Below are positions 10,690 through 24,496 of a stretch of DNA of 64,000 bases, piece after piece. The notes beneath the pieces are model-generated. The model worked only from the letters and a program-made list of their open reading frames with translations. It was not told where the DNA came from and ran no database searches. The translations under genes were made by a program, and so were the position numbers. The first letter of the stretch is position 1, and the number at the start of each line of letters is the position of its first letter. The DNA is from Oikopleura dioica (lineage: Eukaryota > Animalia > Chordata): contig OU015566.1 in NCBI GenBank assembly GCA_907165135.1, positions 13,392,001-13,456,000 of the forward strand, given 5' to 3'.

Positions 10690-11282
10690 AAAAATCACAA
10701 AAAGCTCTTTTCACAATTTGAAAATTCAAAAAGCAATAAATATTTATTTTTATCCCGCTTCGTCTTCTTTCTTTTTTCCTTCTTTTGAATCTCTTTAAAA
10801 AATAGCGTTTTTGAACATGAAATCTGAAAAAAATAAAAAGTGTCCTCCGGATGCGTGGGAAACTTGCAGCAGGAGGGCTGCGGGGCGGAGGACTTTTCGG
10901 CGGGGCATCCAGAAATTCCATCTGTCATAAATGATGATCGCGGTATATAGATTTTTACGACAGCCACCCGCCAAATTTCGAAAAAATATTATGCCAAAAT
11001 TTTTTGGGCGAAAGCTTACAAAAAAGAGCAGTTATCTTTCTCAAATGAAATTCATTCAATGAGTTTGTTTGAATTGAGCAAAAATTGGCTAAAAGCTGGG
11101 AAAAGCGCTGAAAAGAAAAGATACAGTCACATTCGATTCTCCTCATTGATTTCCTCTGACACGCGCTTCTCCTCGAGCTGCCAGCGTGCATTCCTCGGTG
11201 AATTCTCAACTTCCAATAAATACAGACGCGGATCAGTACTTTTCATCAAACAAATCAACTTCACTATTTAACCAAATCAAAA

Positions 11283-11712
11283 ATGAAGCTTTCACTCGCC
11301 TTCGCAGCTGTTGCCTCAGGTTAAGACCTTCACATGTTGAAAAAAAAGACACAGTAATTCGTAGGTTCTGGCCTCTACGGTGGCTTCCGAAACCGTCGAT
11401 TTGCCACTGGCCTCATCAACCCTGGCCTCGTCAAATACAAGCGCAACTACGTCGAGAGTGGCAATGTTGAGCAGTTCGACGCTCTGCTCAACGATTGCCT
11501 CGATAAAGGAAAGTTTCAAAATCTCCCTACTGCTGCTTATAATTTCTTTGTCAGCTTTGAAAACTCTCTCAGCATTCCTCGACAACGGCTTGGACGTAAA
11601 CCTCGACGATTTCTTGGACTACATGAGCGCCTGCGAAAAGAAGGTTCTCGCCACCGTCGCAGGTCAAGTCAAAACCAGATCCGTGAACAAGATCTATTCC
11701 TTCTTTGGATAA
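11283..11712 (+). CDS. Small secreted protein / possible peptide precursor (3 exons)
   Basis: Signal peptide MKLSLAFAAVASG; a GT-AG and a GA-AG intron (11509-11554) keep the frame; RR/KR sites; A-rich leader. Confidence 0.7.
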
Positions 11713-11804
11713 CGGTTCTGACTCCTGAAAAGCTTCACTCTGAAATACGACGACTTGGAGTTTCATTTTTTATTTTACTTTCTTCCTGCAATACAAAAAA
11801 AGAA

Positions 11805-12971
11805 TCAAACAAAAATGAAGATTGAAAAGAGCAGCGAAAAAATTGTGAGTTGACCGGTTTGAATTGCGGAGCCGGGGTTGTTGGGTTTCGGAACGTATTC
11901 TGGTCCGTTACAATGGTTCGACTGGCAGATGTAGCTCGAGATGGTCTGCTGCCGGTGAAAGTGGTTTCGCTGCGTTTCTAGGGCAAATTCTTGTATCAAA
12001 TATACTGGTGGATTTATTACCTGTTTGCTTGTCATCTTCAATTCCAGTTCCATTACTACAGTGACGTTTGGTAATTCGACTCAAAGGCGTGCCAGTATTG
12101 TAGTCCCAGTACTCTTCTTGGTCCACGATGCATTCACCAAAGCACTAAAAAGCTCAATGTAAGTGCATAAAACGTTGTTTGAAGTTTACATCTTTGACGT
12201 GGAATTTTGGCGGAAGTCGTTTCGGGTGTTCGATGCAATTTTTGTCCTCTTGCTTCATTACCCATTGATTCTCCTGCGAGTCAAAGTGGACGTGAGAATT
12301 GCAAACATAGCAGTCGGAAGCGTGAGGTTCTCCCTGAAGAAGATCGGAGCTTTTTGCAGCAGAATGAGGCATTGTCAAGTTTTGCAAAGGCTAGAAAGAC
12401 AAGAATAAAAAGAGAAAAAAGGGAGGTTGAGTACAAAAACTGCTGATTGAATGCATTCATTGTTGTCGGACCCGCAAAGATGGTACTGTTGCTTGTGGAC
12501 CATTCCTTCCGCGTGATCCTTGTAATCGTATGTTTTCGACCCTTCGAAGTTGTCGTAGTACCCGCGCTCGGTGTAGTTGTAGGTGATATACCTAGATCGA
12601 ATGATCGAAAATAGGAAAGGCGGTTGAATACGGTTTTTTACTTAGAAGAGCCATCTGGTTGAATTTCTTCTTCATATCCATGTCCGAATAAATACTGGCA
12701 ATCCGTCCGAATTAGACCAACCTTCCCGGTAACAGTATTGTGGTGCTCTCTGTACTTCATCTTTTCAATCACTTTTGTGCTGGAAAAATTGGTCGGTTGT
12801 TTCAAAAATTTTTTGGACTTACTAAGAATCCGGCTCGACGCAGTTGTAATCGCCAGTTTCAACTCCAAGCTCTGAAATGCTGTGCTGGCACTCGTAGCAC
12901 TTGATGACTTCGTCCATGTTGGGCGCTTGCCCTCTGGCGAGAGCGAAAAAGAAAGTAGCAGCTAGCTTCAT
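11805..12971 (-). CDS. GPI-anchored Ly6/uPAR (three-finger/quiver)-like protein, probably two domains
   Basis: Signal peptide MKLAATFFFALARG; IKCYEC and DCYVC domain starts; terminal YICQSNHCN followed by hydrophobic GPI-type tail LTIFSLLFSIFIFV. Confidence 0.65.
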
Positions 12972-14732
12972 TGCCGTCTATTCTGATCTGATCTTGAGGA
13001 AATGGAAGAAGTGGAAGGTGTGAAAATCTAATGCTAATAATTAGTAGTATCATCACGAGTGAGTTATTTATTTGGCCATGTGAGTTCAACTTGACACAAG
13101 TTTTGAAGGAAAATCAATTCTTGAAATTTTGGATCAGGCTTGAAGCTTCAATGAGCCTCGAAAATAATCGATTTTAAAATTCGCCGAACTTTTTTTTTAC
13201 CAAAAAACAGCGCTCGGGTCCATCGATAGATCCGTGGGCGGACGATCAAACTTGCACTCCCTCATCCCCAATCAGCTGTTCACTTTTTGCACATTTGCTA
13301 ATTTGTATCAAAAAAGAAAACGACAGATAGAGAGGTCTTAAATCAAGTGAAAATATTTTGCGTCCAACCAGGCTTGAAGATTTAGAGAGATAAAGACAGT
13401 CCACCCGAGTGAGCACAAAATTGAAGAATTCAACAAATTTCCGTATACTTTTTCAAATAAGAAAAACGTCATTGTGTGCCCAACAGAACACGTCATTTGT
13501 TAGTTTTACTACTGGCTTGAGAGAGGAGGCGTAAATCAAAGTTCGAAGGTATTTTTTGATTTTTCTGGTGATTTTTTTAATGATCGATTTTCAATTTCCT
13601 GCTGGGTTCCTCTTCTGAGCCCGGAAATTGAAAATTACGCGCTCAATTTCTGATTCCGATTTCGATGATTGACAATTAGAGAATTTCTCAAAAAAAAGGA
13701 TGAGCAACTAATGCACTAGCCCCTCGGCAAGATTGTACAACCCCCGCTGCAGAAAAAAGCCCCTATCGCTTCTATTTTTTATTTTATCAGCAAATAGATA
13801 GATAACACACAGAAGAGGGAATGCCTATTTTGTTAAATGCGAGATGCAGTTCTGGTAGACTCCTCGCATAAATAATTAATCAAACAGATGAGAAAAGGGC
13901 TTAGAGAAAAACTCAAGGGCAGGAAGAAAAGTTTAAATTCTTGATTTACCAACTTCTGAAAACCAGTTTTTGAAAATAAATTCTTCGATTTTTGGACAAA
14001 AGAGAGAGAAAATTAAAGGCTTCCCGCTGAGCTTGAATGGGTTTTAAAAGTTAAAAAAAGCTTTTGTTGACATTTTCTCAGAAGATTTTTTGCCCAATAA
14101 AAGAGTCAAAAAATCGAATAATTATTCAATGCACATTTTAAGGGATCCGCTTTGAATAATGAAATTTTGATCTTTACAGTAGAAGTTCTACTGTAGAACT
14201 ATTGGGTCCTTGTTTTTCAGCCTGTAGGATTTATGACACCCTGAAATTAACTTTAACAACTGCTATTTGCCCAAGAACACCATTATCTCGAACACAAAGC
14301 CTGAGCAAATTTCGCATTTGAACATGTCCGGAATGAGCTTCCACATAATTCATTCGCGGCTCCATTGAGCCATGATCAGCTGTAACTCAAACAAAGATGA
14401 AATTTGCCACCCAGGACAGTAATAATGATCCACAATTCTTTCGGCTCTGGGAAAGAAAAGTGATCATAAGAAGAGAAAAAATAAGGGTCAAATATTGACT
14501 CGTAGTAAATACACTCGATTTTTATAAGAAAAATAGTTTCAATCAGGCGATTAGTTAGCGATAGACCAGCAAACATTGCCTTTTCTGACAGCGAGTTTTT
14601 ATGGTGTTTGCCTATCACCACCACTGCGACTCTACTTTTGGTTACTTTTCAGTACTGGCAAGTTTTTGTTTTCAGAAGAGAAAGAGAGAGGATTCGGATT
14701 CGGAAAATATTTCAGAAGAAAAGAATTGATCA

Positions 14733-17700
14733 ATGAGTGATGAAGAAGCGGCCCCAGATATGTGAGTAAAGAAAAAACTACCAAGAATACAAAAAAAAAG
14801 ACAGTAAGTGTTCAAAAATTGAGGAAAGGGATGAAAGCTTTTTCGAGCTCGCAAAGCTAAGATCCCTGGTGACTTTATTTACTCAAAAAAAACCTTGGTG
14901 AGAATAGAACTTCGGTGTAAATTTTAAAGCATTTTTACGATTTATGGCTCTACCAGTCGAAAAAGGCTCATCCATGGTGCCCTCGCCCCGGGGTTTCAGT
15001 ATTATCTTTCGATAAATTTTCAAGTAATTTTTTATTTTAGAGACTTATTTTCGCAAAAAAAAAGTTAAAACCTGTATTTTTAAAAATGAAGACAACGAAG
15101 AGTACGGAATGTAGTCTGCTTCTTAGGGAGATTTGACCTTATTTTCTGATTTCAATTTTAATTTATGGTCGTCTTTCTTATAACCGCTCTAACTCTGGCA
15201 GGAGCTGGCTGGGCTGGAAAAAAGCTAAGAGCCAAGGTTTCTTCTAAAAAATTATCAGACCGTGAAAATTGAGAAAAAAAATGTGTAACAAACCATAAAC
15301 AAAGGAAAAATACTGAAACACCGCGGCAGGAGGCACCTTGGGCACCATCGCAAATCGATTGCTGCGAAGCGGCCAATCCCAAAGCCCAGAACACGCGCGC
15401 GATTTGAACAGCGCCCAAACGCGCAAAAATTTAAAAGAGAACAGAGAAGTTCCAAGGCGTTTAGAGAGGTTTATAAAGAGTGGCAGCGCCGTAAAACGTA
15501 AGAAATATAATCATATAAAATCCTAAAAAAATATATGCAAAAACCCCTCTTTTCTATCATTTTTTTACTGTAACTGCTTGATAGTAACATCCTCCCTTAG
15601 CGTGAGAGATGATCTGGCGGCCAGGCGAAATCTCGTTGCCGGATCATCCAGCGTCAAGCATTTCTTGCCCGAATGCAACAACAAAGCTTATCATGAGCGT
15701 TATCGGTAAACTTTTTTTTTATAAAAGGCTTGCTTGCTGTTTGCTCACAATTTCAATATTGTTTTTTTTCTTCTTTCCTTTAATTGCATTTTGATCATTT
15801 TTGCTCAAAAAATAGGCTTTGAATTGGAAAAAAATGGTTAAAAATAGCTTGAAAATTGAGAAAAATGATCAATCATGCTCAACGAGAAGAAAAAAAAACG
15901 ATTCCGCGTTTAGTAGCACGTGTGGTAAAATAATCGTTTGACTTGTTCGTTGATTCTCGGGTGTGATTTGAAACTATAATTACAGTCATTTCAACTGTTG
16001 CACACTCTTGGCTGTTTGTAATCAGGCTCAAGAAAGCCCTCTTTGTGAAGCCTTTGTTACAAAGAGTCAAGTTTGTGAATATCCATTTTTGCTATTGAAA
16101 AAATGGACTTTTGAAACTGGAAAGAGAGAGAGAGAGAGAGTCACAAAGAGTCTTTAAAAACTGTCGCCTTTTCAGGATTACCGAGCAGCTCACGCACGAA
16201 GAACTTTCCAGGAAGAGACAAGAGCAGCAAGAAGAAGACTTTGCTATTCAAGACGTAAGTACAGAAGCAGAAATGATAAGAAACGCGTCAATTTGCGAAG
16301 AACGCATATTGCTTTGTAAGATAAGCGATGAGCTAATTTCTTCGCAAATAATTGCTTATTTCCTTCCAAAACAGTCTTTTCGTGACCCAAGTCGTATTCA
16401 TTATCTGAAAATTCTAGCGCTTGGAATCTTGGAAAGAAAGACGTCGCCTGAAAAGAGAGGCTTCTCGTAAACAAATCGCCGAAATCCCTGCATACGACGA
16501 CTGTCCTGTAGCAGCCCCTGCTCCCAGCCCTAGAAAAGTACGTTTACCACGGTTAAATCAATATTTTATTTTAAAGTATCATTTGTACAAATTGTTCATT
16601 ATGCATCCAATCATACAAGCCATTGTGGTTTGTCTAAAAGTGCTTCGTAATTGAAAAACCTTTTTTCCCATGTTACTCATTTTTCATCTCGCCGGATTTA
16701 TATTCCGATAGTTGATAATCAGAGATTCATATATTCATTGATTGATATTCTGGCTTTGCTAAAAAGCTCGGTGTTTCCCACAAGCTTCCGTTTTATTTTT
16801 CGATTTTGAAATTGAAAGATGAAATTAATTTTCATTCCTCAGCCTTCAATCAACCACGAGAAGTACGCAGCACTCGCTCGTCTCTACTCCACTGATTCTC
16901 AAGCCGAGTCCGGAGCCGTTGTTCTTGACACAGAGACTTACAGTCAGACCCACAGCGAGCCAGAGGCAGACAGTTTACAGTCAGAAGAGGAAGAAGAGGC
17001 GCCAATCAAGCCTGTAATTAAAACATCGCCGACGAAACAAGCGCCAGAAACAGCGACCATGAGAAACTCGGGAAGCTATTATCGTAAGTCATCTTTCAAG
17101 AATTGGCAGATTTGGGGGAAAGCTCTTGAGTCGAGATTTTGGGCAAATACCAAATAGTAGCGAGCTTGGATGAGCGTTTTTCCGGGAGATAATGATCATT
17201 TGATTTGATCACTTGAAAATTGTGTTGACAAATATTTACCATGGACGCGTTTCTAAGTCTTAAAAAGATAGCTGCTCGAATTACAAGCAATAAACTGTGT
17301 TATCATTTTTGTGGAAATCTGCATTTTGTCGGAAATTTGAACATGACAGGAAAAATTTAACCTATCGGCCCCTAAGTGCGCCGAAATTGACACCTGGCAG
17401 TACGCAGATTGTCGGAAATTACCGTCATGTCCGGGCCCCTTCTTTTTATTTTGACTGGTTCTAGGGAACAGAAATTCTTTTATTGACAAGCTAACCAATA
17501 ACGGAAGCAGTAGATTACTGTTCACAAGGTTGCATCCTCTTTGCTCAGAGGGCGCCAAGGAGAAAACCTCAGTTTAACCGCTTCTAAGTGGACGAAAAAC
17601 CAAAAATTTCACGTTGCCAACGAAAGCGACTCCTGCTTTGCTCGAGCTGAGAGCAAAATCAAAACAAATTTTGGTTAATTTTCGACTTCCGTAAAGAGGA

Positions 17701-20512
17701 TTTACCAGTAGAGATAAAAGAAAATAAAGATTGAGAGAAAATATTGGCAGATGAAAAATGCGGACTATTTATGAAGAATATAATAAGACACAGCTAGGAT
17801 TGTTTTCAGCGTACTAAAGAAAAGATTCTGCTTTATAAAATAAACTTAAAATTTTGAGTGATTTCTGGGATGTGATACCCTTAATGTCAAATTAAAATAT
17901 CGTCATTTTAAAGCCTTGAAAACCATGAAAGGCCCAACAAAAGGACTCGCTCTAGTCCGTCACGATTCCCTAAAACGCGTCCAGGAAAAATACAGGACTA
18001 ACTCCCTGCCCTCTATCTGCAAATACGCAAGTCTTATCACAAAATTTGCGCCCCTCCCAAACTCATGCTCGATCTCGCCCGGCTCGCACATTGCCCAGCC
18101 GATTCTAGTTTTTCCAGGTTTTTGAAAGCCTCTCTTTGAATTCTTTTCTTTGCTTGTACTATGTTTTAAATGTGATTTAGACTCAGCAGAACGCGTTACA
18201 AGCAGGACCGACGTTCCGCCCACTGCGGCGGTCAAGCCGCAACACCGCCCGGTCGAGAGCCTGGCTGCCCAGCTGCAGAGACAAAATATCGCCGCGGAGG
18301 GAGCCACAGGATATAAACAGTTCAAAAACGAGTTCCAGAATATTGACCTCAATGATACCAGATCTCCAATTCCAGAGCCCTCACAGTTCAAGGTTCGTTT
18401 TTTGCATAAAGAGGACCTCTATCTCGATAGGTTAATATTTAACTGTAGCAAGTCCGTCGCCAGGAATTTGCATCAAAGAAGGCTTTGTTCGAGGCTGTTC
18501 CATCCAACTCATCCTCCCAAAAAGTCCGGGAGTCGCTCCCTGGCCCAGGTCACATTCGCGCAACCCGCGAAGCACTCTTCAATTCCGCCGCTCAACCCTC
18601 TCAATCTTCAGCCAGGCCCACTTCTGCCGAGCGATTTCGCCGAGATATGCGCCTCGCTGCTGTTGAGGGCGCTGCTTTTCCCGATCCGCCTGTTTCTACC
18701 GTTCCAAAAGCCACCCATATCGCTTCCAAACCTGCCCCGAGTTATCAATACCAACAAGCTGCAAAGGCAACTTCTCCGATTCGAAGCCAAAGTGAAGTCG
18801 TTACACCTCTTCCTGGTCGATTTGCCGCACCTCCTCCTCCACCAATGACTCAGCATGAACCAGTCAGGACACAATCTGCGCCAGAGCAAGATATTTATAC
18901 AGAAAATACGATTTGCATGAACATGGTAGGATAAAACTGCCGATCCCTTTTTAACCATCTCTAGAAACCCGGCTCGAGCAGAGGCTTCGGCTTCCAAGTC
19001 CGGGGTGGTGGAGGTCCTGGATCACCAATTGTTGTTGACAGCATCAAACCAGGTCTGATTCAACTCAAAAGCCGGTTTCTAACTGATTATTTAGGTGGAG
19101 CAGCGCATATGTGCGAGCTTTCTGTAGGAGATGAAGTATTGCAAATGAATGGAATGACTGTTGGAAAACTAAGTCAGGTAGTAAAAATCTTATGAAAAGT
19201 GCTTCAAGGTTGTTAAGGATCAAATTATCGAACTGATGGTGGAAGCAGTAAGAACTGGCTTGCTAAGATTGCGCGTGAGGAGGATCAACCAGCCGGCGCG
19301 AAAAAGTAATATTCCCGTCTGGGACTAGAACTCTCTTCTACCTATTCTTCTCCTTTTCTTCTTCTTCCTCTCTACTTCTACGTCTCTTATTCTACTTTCC
19401 TCTATGATTTCATATCCTTTATAATCAAAATTTTCAATTTTTAAAACTCTTCGTTCCCAGAAAAAGATCCAGCACCATCAATGAGCCTTTCTTCCGGCGC
19501 AAAAATGGTAGCAACAGAAGGCGGTTTCTATCAGATCATGGCGGACATCCCAAGAAAGAACTCCCTTCGTCCCCAGCCAACGCCAAGTCCAGCAGGCACA
19601 CTTGATTCTGGACACGAGTCTGCCAGATCAAGTCCAACTCACAGTCCTAGAGGCAGAATGCCCGGCGAGGAGGAAAGATGGGCGCAAGATTTGAACGAGT
19701 TTGAAAGTCTGGAAAGAAGTCCGCTTGGAGGAAACGGCTTTCCTGAGGGAAGGTCGTGGAAGAATCCGTCCACCGCTCGATCAAGGGTTTGTTCATCCTT
19801 CAAAGAGGCATTTTTCTACGGTTTTTAGGAGGATGATGATTTGGCAAGCGTTCTAGCGATAGAACAAGAAGAGCTTGAACGAGAAATCGAAGACCGTGAG
19901 CGCGATAGAGAATTTAGAAGGCAAGATGAATACACTGAAGAGTCCATTCGGTAAATTTTTAATCCACTCTTTTCGATTCTAACTAACTTTACGCAGGAAA
20001 ATCCGCGAAGAAATTTTTGAAAGTGGAAGGTATTGAATCGTTCTTGACGAAAATTTCTATAATTGATTGACTTAAACCGAATCATATTATGTTTTTTATT
20101 GTTTGCATGTAATCTACAGTTACAGTAGATATTCCCGAGAGAGCATAAGGTAATATTCTTTTAAGAAATCAAGGAAGACAGCAACACTGGATGCTGGAAG
20201 AAGCCGACAAACGATTACGTCATCAATATTATGTGAGGAAATAGATGTCTGTAGTTGATGTATCAAAATCACCACTGTCAATTTCAAAAGCTCAAATAGC
20301 AAAATTTGTGTAAAACAAGCTGATTTAGCTTTTGTCCTCCATTTTTTAACCAATGATGAGTCACTAACATCTTCATCTCTTGCATGTCAAAAACGCATTT
20401 TTACGTCGCTCAAGTTCGAAGCTAAAATTAAAATTATGCGAAATTCAAATAGGACATGGAGCGACTCCGAAAAGTAATGGACGATCCACGGATTCCTAAG
20501 TCGCAGATCTAA
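14733..20512 (+). CDS. Multi-exon PDZ-domain scaffold, LMO7/Smallish-like (start and end approximate)
   Basis: PDZ across about 18900-19300: GFGFQVRGG..PIVVDSIKPGGAAHMCELSVGDEVLQMNG; EEERWAQDL and QHWMLEEADKR resemble LMO7-family motifs; Pro-rich linkers. Confidence 0.6.
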
Positions 20513-20790
20513 TTGATGGTACAATTTTCAGTTATACTAAGCTTTGACTCTCGCTCAATTCAAAATACAACTTCTGTACAATTTTTGAAAATGCTCTCTT
20601 TCAGTTCCGAAATTTGTGAATAAATATATAATTCAAGAAAATATGAGTCAAAATGGCACCAAGGAAGTAATGCATGCCAAAACTCTCGAGGGTTTCTTTT
20701 ATTGGGGGAGCATGAATTCACATTGAGAATAGAACAGAAAGAACAGAAAGGTAAAACAAGGATAGAATAAAACGAGTGAAGAAATGAGCG

Positions 20791-23208
20791 TTATTCGGTG
20801 TCAGAAGAAGAAAGGAGCTCGGTAAACTTTGTTCGGTTGAAGGAGGATTGCTGCGCTTTGACTGAAAGCTTCTGATGTCGCTGGTAGAGGTGATTGAAAA
20901 CAGAGGGTTTTTCGATGGGTTGAATGGGCGATGACGATGGTCGGCTGAAGAAGTTGATTCCGATCTTTGGCTTGCTGAAAAATGTAAGGAAGGCGGGTGG
21001 TTTAGTCATATTTACCGAGCGTTATTGAAGTTTTTGAAGAGCTTGTCGATCTCTTGCTTTTCAAGATCTCTCGGGTTGACGGAAGGCCTTTCGTCCTTGA
21101 TGCTCGTCGTGGATTTCGAGCGCTTCTGTTCCCATATTTTTGGCTTTGGCTTTTCTTCCAAGTCTTTTCCGCTGTCAATGTCCGGTGAGTGAAGAGGGGT
21201 AGAAAATGATGTACTGCGCGGAACGGGAGCGTATCCGAAGCTTGGCCACCAAGAAAATGAGGATTTGGGTTTTCTGATTTCCCCTTGTTTTTCGATGGGA
21301 CTTATGTTGTTTCTTTATCGTTCGTAAAAAATGATCGACAAAAGACGGAAACAATTCCTGTTAGGAACAGACTTCTGAACTAGAGTTCCTGATCGATGTT
21401 TCTTTCTCAATGAAAAGAGATTCTTCATTGGAAAAGCGGTAATGGAGTAAATCGTCTTGAAAAAATCCTTCTCACAAATAAAGTCTTCGTTGTTTGAATT
21501 CACCATTCGCGACATGAACTGATAGAACATGTCGGTCGATTCTATAGCGATAAGGTCTTCTTCTTTTGTCTTCCAAATCGCGAGAATACCTGATTTTTGC
21601 CGTTGCTAGAATTGTGAATATTGAGCTTACCTCGGATGAGAATCTCATTTCCGTCAAGAAGAAGTCCATCCCATAGGCGATAGACAATTTTTTTTGGCAG
21701 GAAAGTCCCGAAGGCTGAAAATGTACTGTTTTCTAGTGCTAGCTGCAATTCTACCTGTGAGGAGCCATTGCATCATGTACGGACTGGCGAGAGGAGGTTC
21801 ATGGCCATTTTCCCGAATCGAAGATTCCCTGTATTGAAACAATTAAAAACAAGAGAAAGAATCGGAGAAACCTGAGATTGATAAGATGAGAATTCACTTT
21901 CGGCGTGAAAGTCTTCATCAAGTCCGCCAAGACCTTCAAATCCGTTTGAATCCCCTCAAGATTGTGTGAATGATATTCTGGTGGCAAAACCGCGTGGAGC
22001 ATAAAAATGAAAACTTGCAGCGTGTCCCACTCTGTTTCCATAACTTCCATTATCAAGGCCACGATGACGTTGAATCCCTGGCAGTAACCGCATTCTGGAT
22101 TGTATCGAGCATAAGCAAGCAAGATTCGCTTCAAGCGTTGTTGATCGTGAGTTGAGCCGATGTTGGCAGTTCGGTGAAGATCTTTGACGATTTGGTAGTC
22201 CAGGTGCTTGTCATCGTCAGTCAAAGTAGAATTGAAAAGTGAAGGAAAGAGTTGTTTTCGATCCAGCCCGACTTCTTCGAAGTATTCTTCCGCAAGCCCC
22301 AGCCAGATCTTCTTCCTCCAAGAGTTCGGAAGCCCAACTTCCATCCTAAGCAAAGCCCTGTGCGATAAAAGCCAATCGTTGAAAGCCACTTTATCAGATA
22401 CCAAAGGAGGTTCTACGGAAAACGTCGACTGAAGAGGACCTTTTGACTTTTTCGAGGAGAAAGCCTGAATAATCGCGGAAACGACTTGACAATTTTGAGC
22501 GATGTCGTCCTTGATGCCATTTTGTTTCAAAGTAAGCCTGACTAGCTTGCTTGATAGCTTCGATATATTGTCGTCAAGATCGGCTCGGAAGGAATCAAGC
22601 TCTTGGGTTTCCATTCGAAGGAGGTCAGCATGGCTGTAGTCGTCATCGATTGATATGAGCTTGCCCTCGATTACCTTGTCGCGGAGATTTCGATTGTGGC
22701 TAGTTAAAATTATGACAGAAATGGTTCGATTTTCCACATGCATGATAATATCAGCGATAAGTTATCATGCAATCAAGATATTGGGATTAAGGCCATCTGA
22801 CAGAATGTCACATGACATGGAACTATCGGCTTGCATGCGAATCGCGCCCTCTTTTTCAAAATCAAGGCAATATAAAAAGAATCTTTCGACTATCACAAAA
22901 ACTTAATTATAAAATGTAGATCAGAACTCGGGTCTTTATTTTCAATCGATTCAAAACGTATGTATAAATATTATTCAAAATGATTCATATTTAATCTTAT
23001 CTTTTGTGATAAATCAATTTGTACACTTCCCTCAATATTAAACTAAACTTTTCAAAATGGTCTTGATGCAACATGCACACCGGAAAACATGACATACATT
23101 GACAAGACAAGACATTACATTCACGAGAAGCTACCTGTGATAGATATCCGAGAGTAAATCCTCAAGTAGCTCCTGCTCTTTTTTAGATTGTGTTGGAATT
23201 TTGTCCAT
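20791..23208 (-). CDS. TBC1D30: Rab GTPase-activating protein TBC1D30-like
   Basis: QIVKDLHRT, LKRILLAYARYNPECGYCQGFN, EPPLASPYMMQWLLT, RLWDGLLLDGNEILIR; probable first exon MDKIP..LLSDIYH. Confidence 0.8.
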
Positions 23209-23443
23209 GTTCCAATGGACCAAATCTATTAGAATTTCAATCTCTCAAGAAACATAAACAAATACAAGTAGGCACTTTAGTTGTGAACAGAACGGAGAGT
23301 CGACAGTAGGGAAACAAAAAGAGACAGACACAATTACAATTTTGAAGTTAAAGCGTTGAGCTAAGATGATTGATTTCAGGTGAAATTTAAATTGAACTAT
23401 GTAGAATTTATAAATTAAAGGTATTATGGTAAGGAAGAGTAAC

Positions 23444-24364
<921 letters not shown>

Positions 24365-24496
24365 CTTTTTTTTAAAGAGGTCTGAAAAACGGGGGTTAAA
24401 ACTAAAACTGAAGGGTTGTTCCAATGGCGATTTGTTGTTTTCAATGAAAAATAAATATTCTAGAAAAATAGTGGCTGCATAGAATTAAGAAATAAA

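Noticed and set aside
16123-16140. (AG)n microsatellite producing the ERERERE ORF start
   Set aside because: Intronic simple repeat, not coding.
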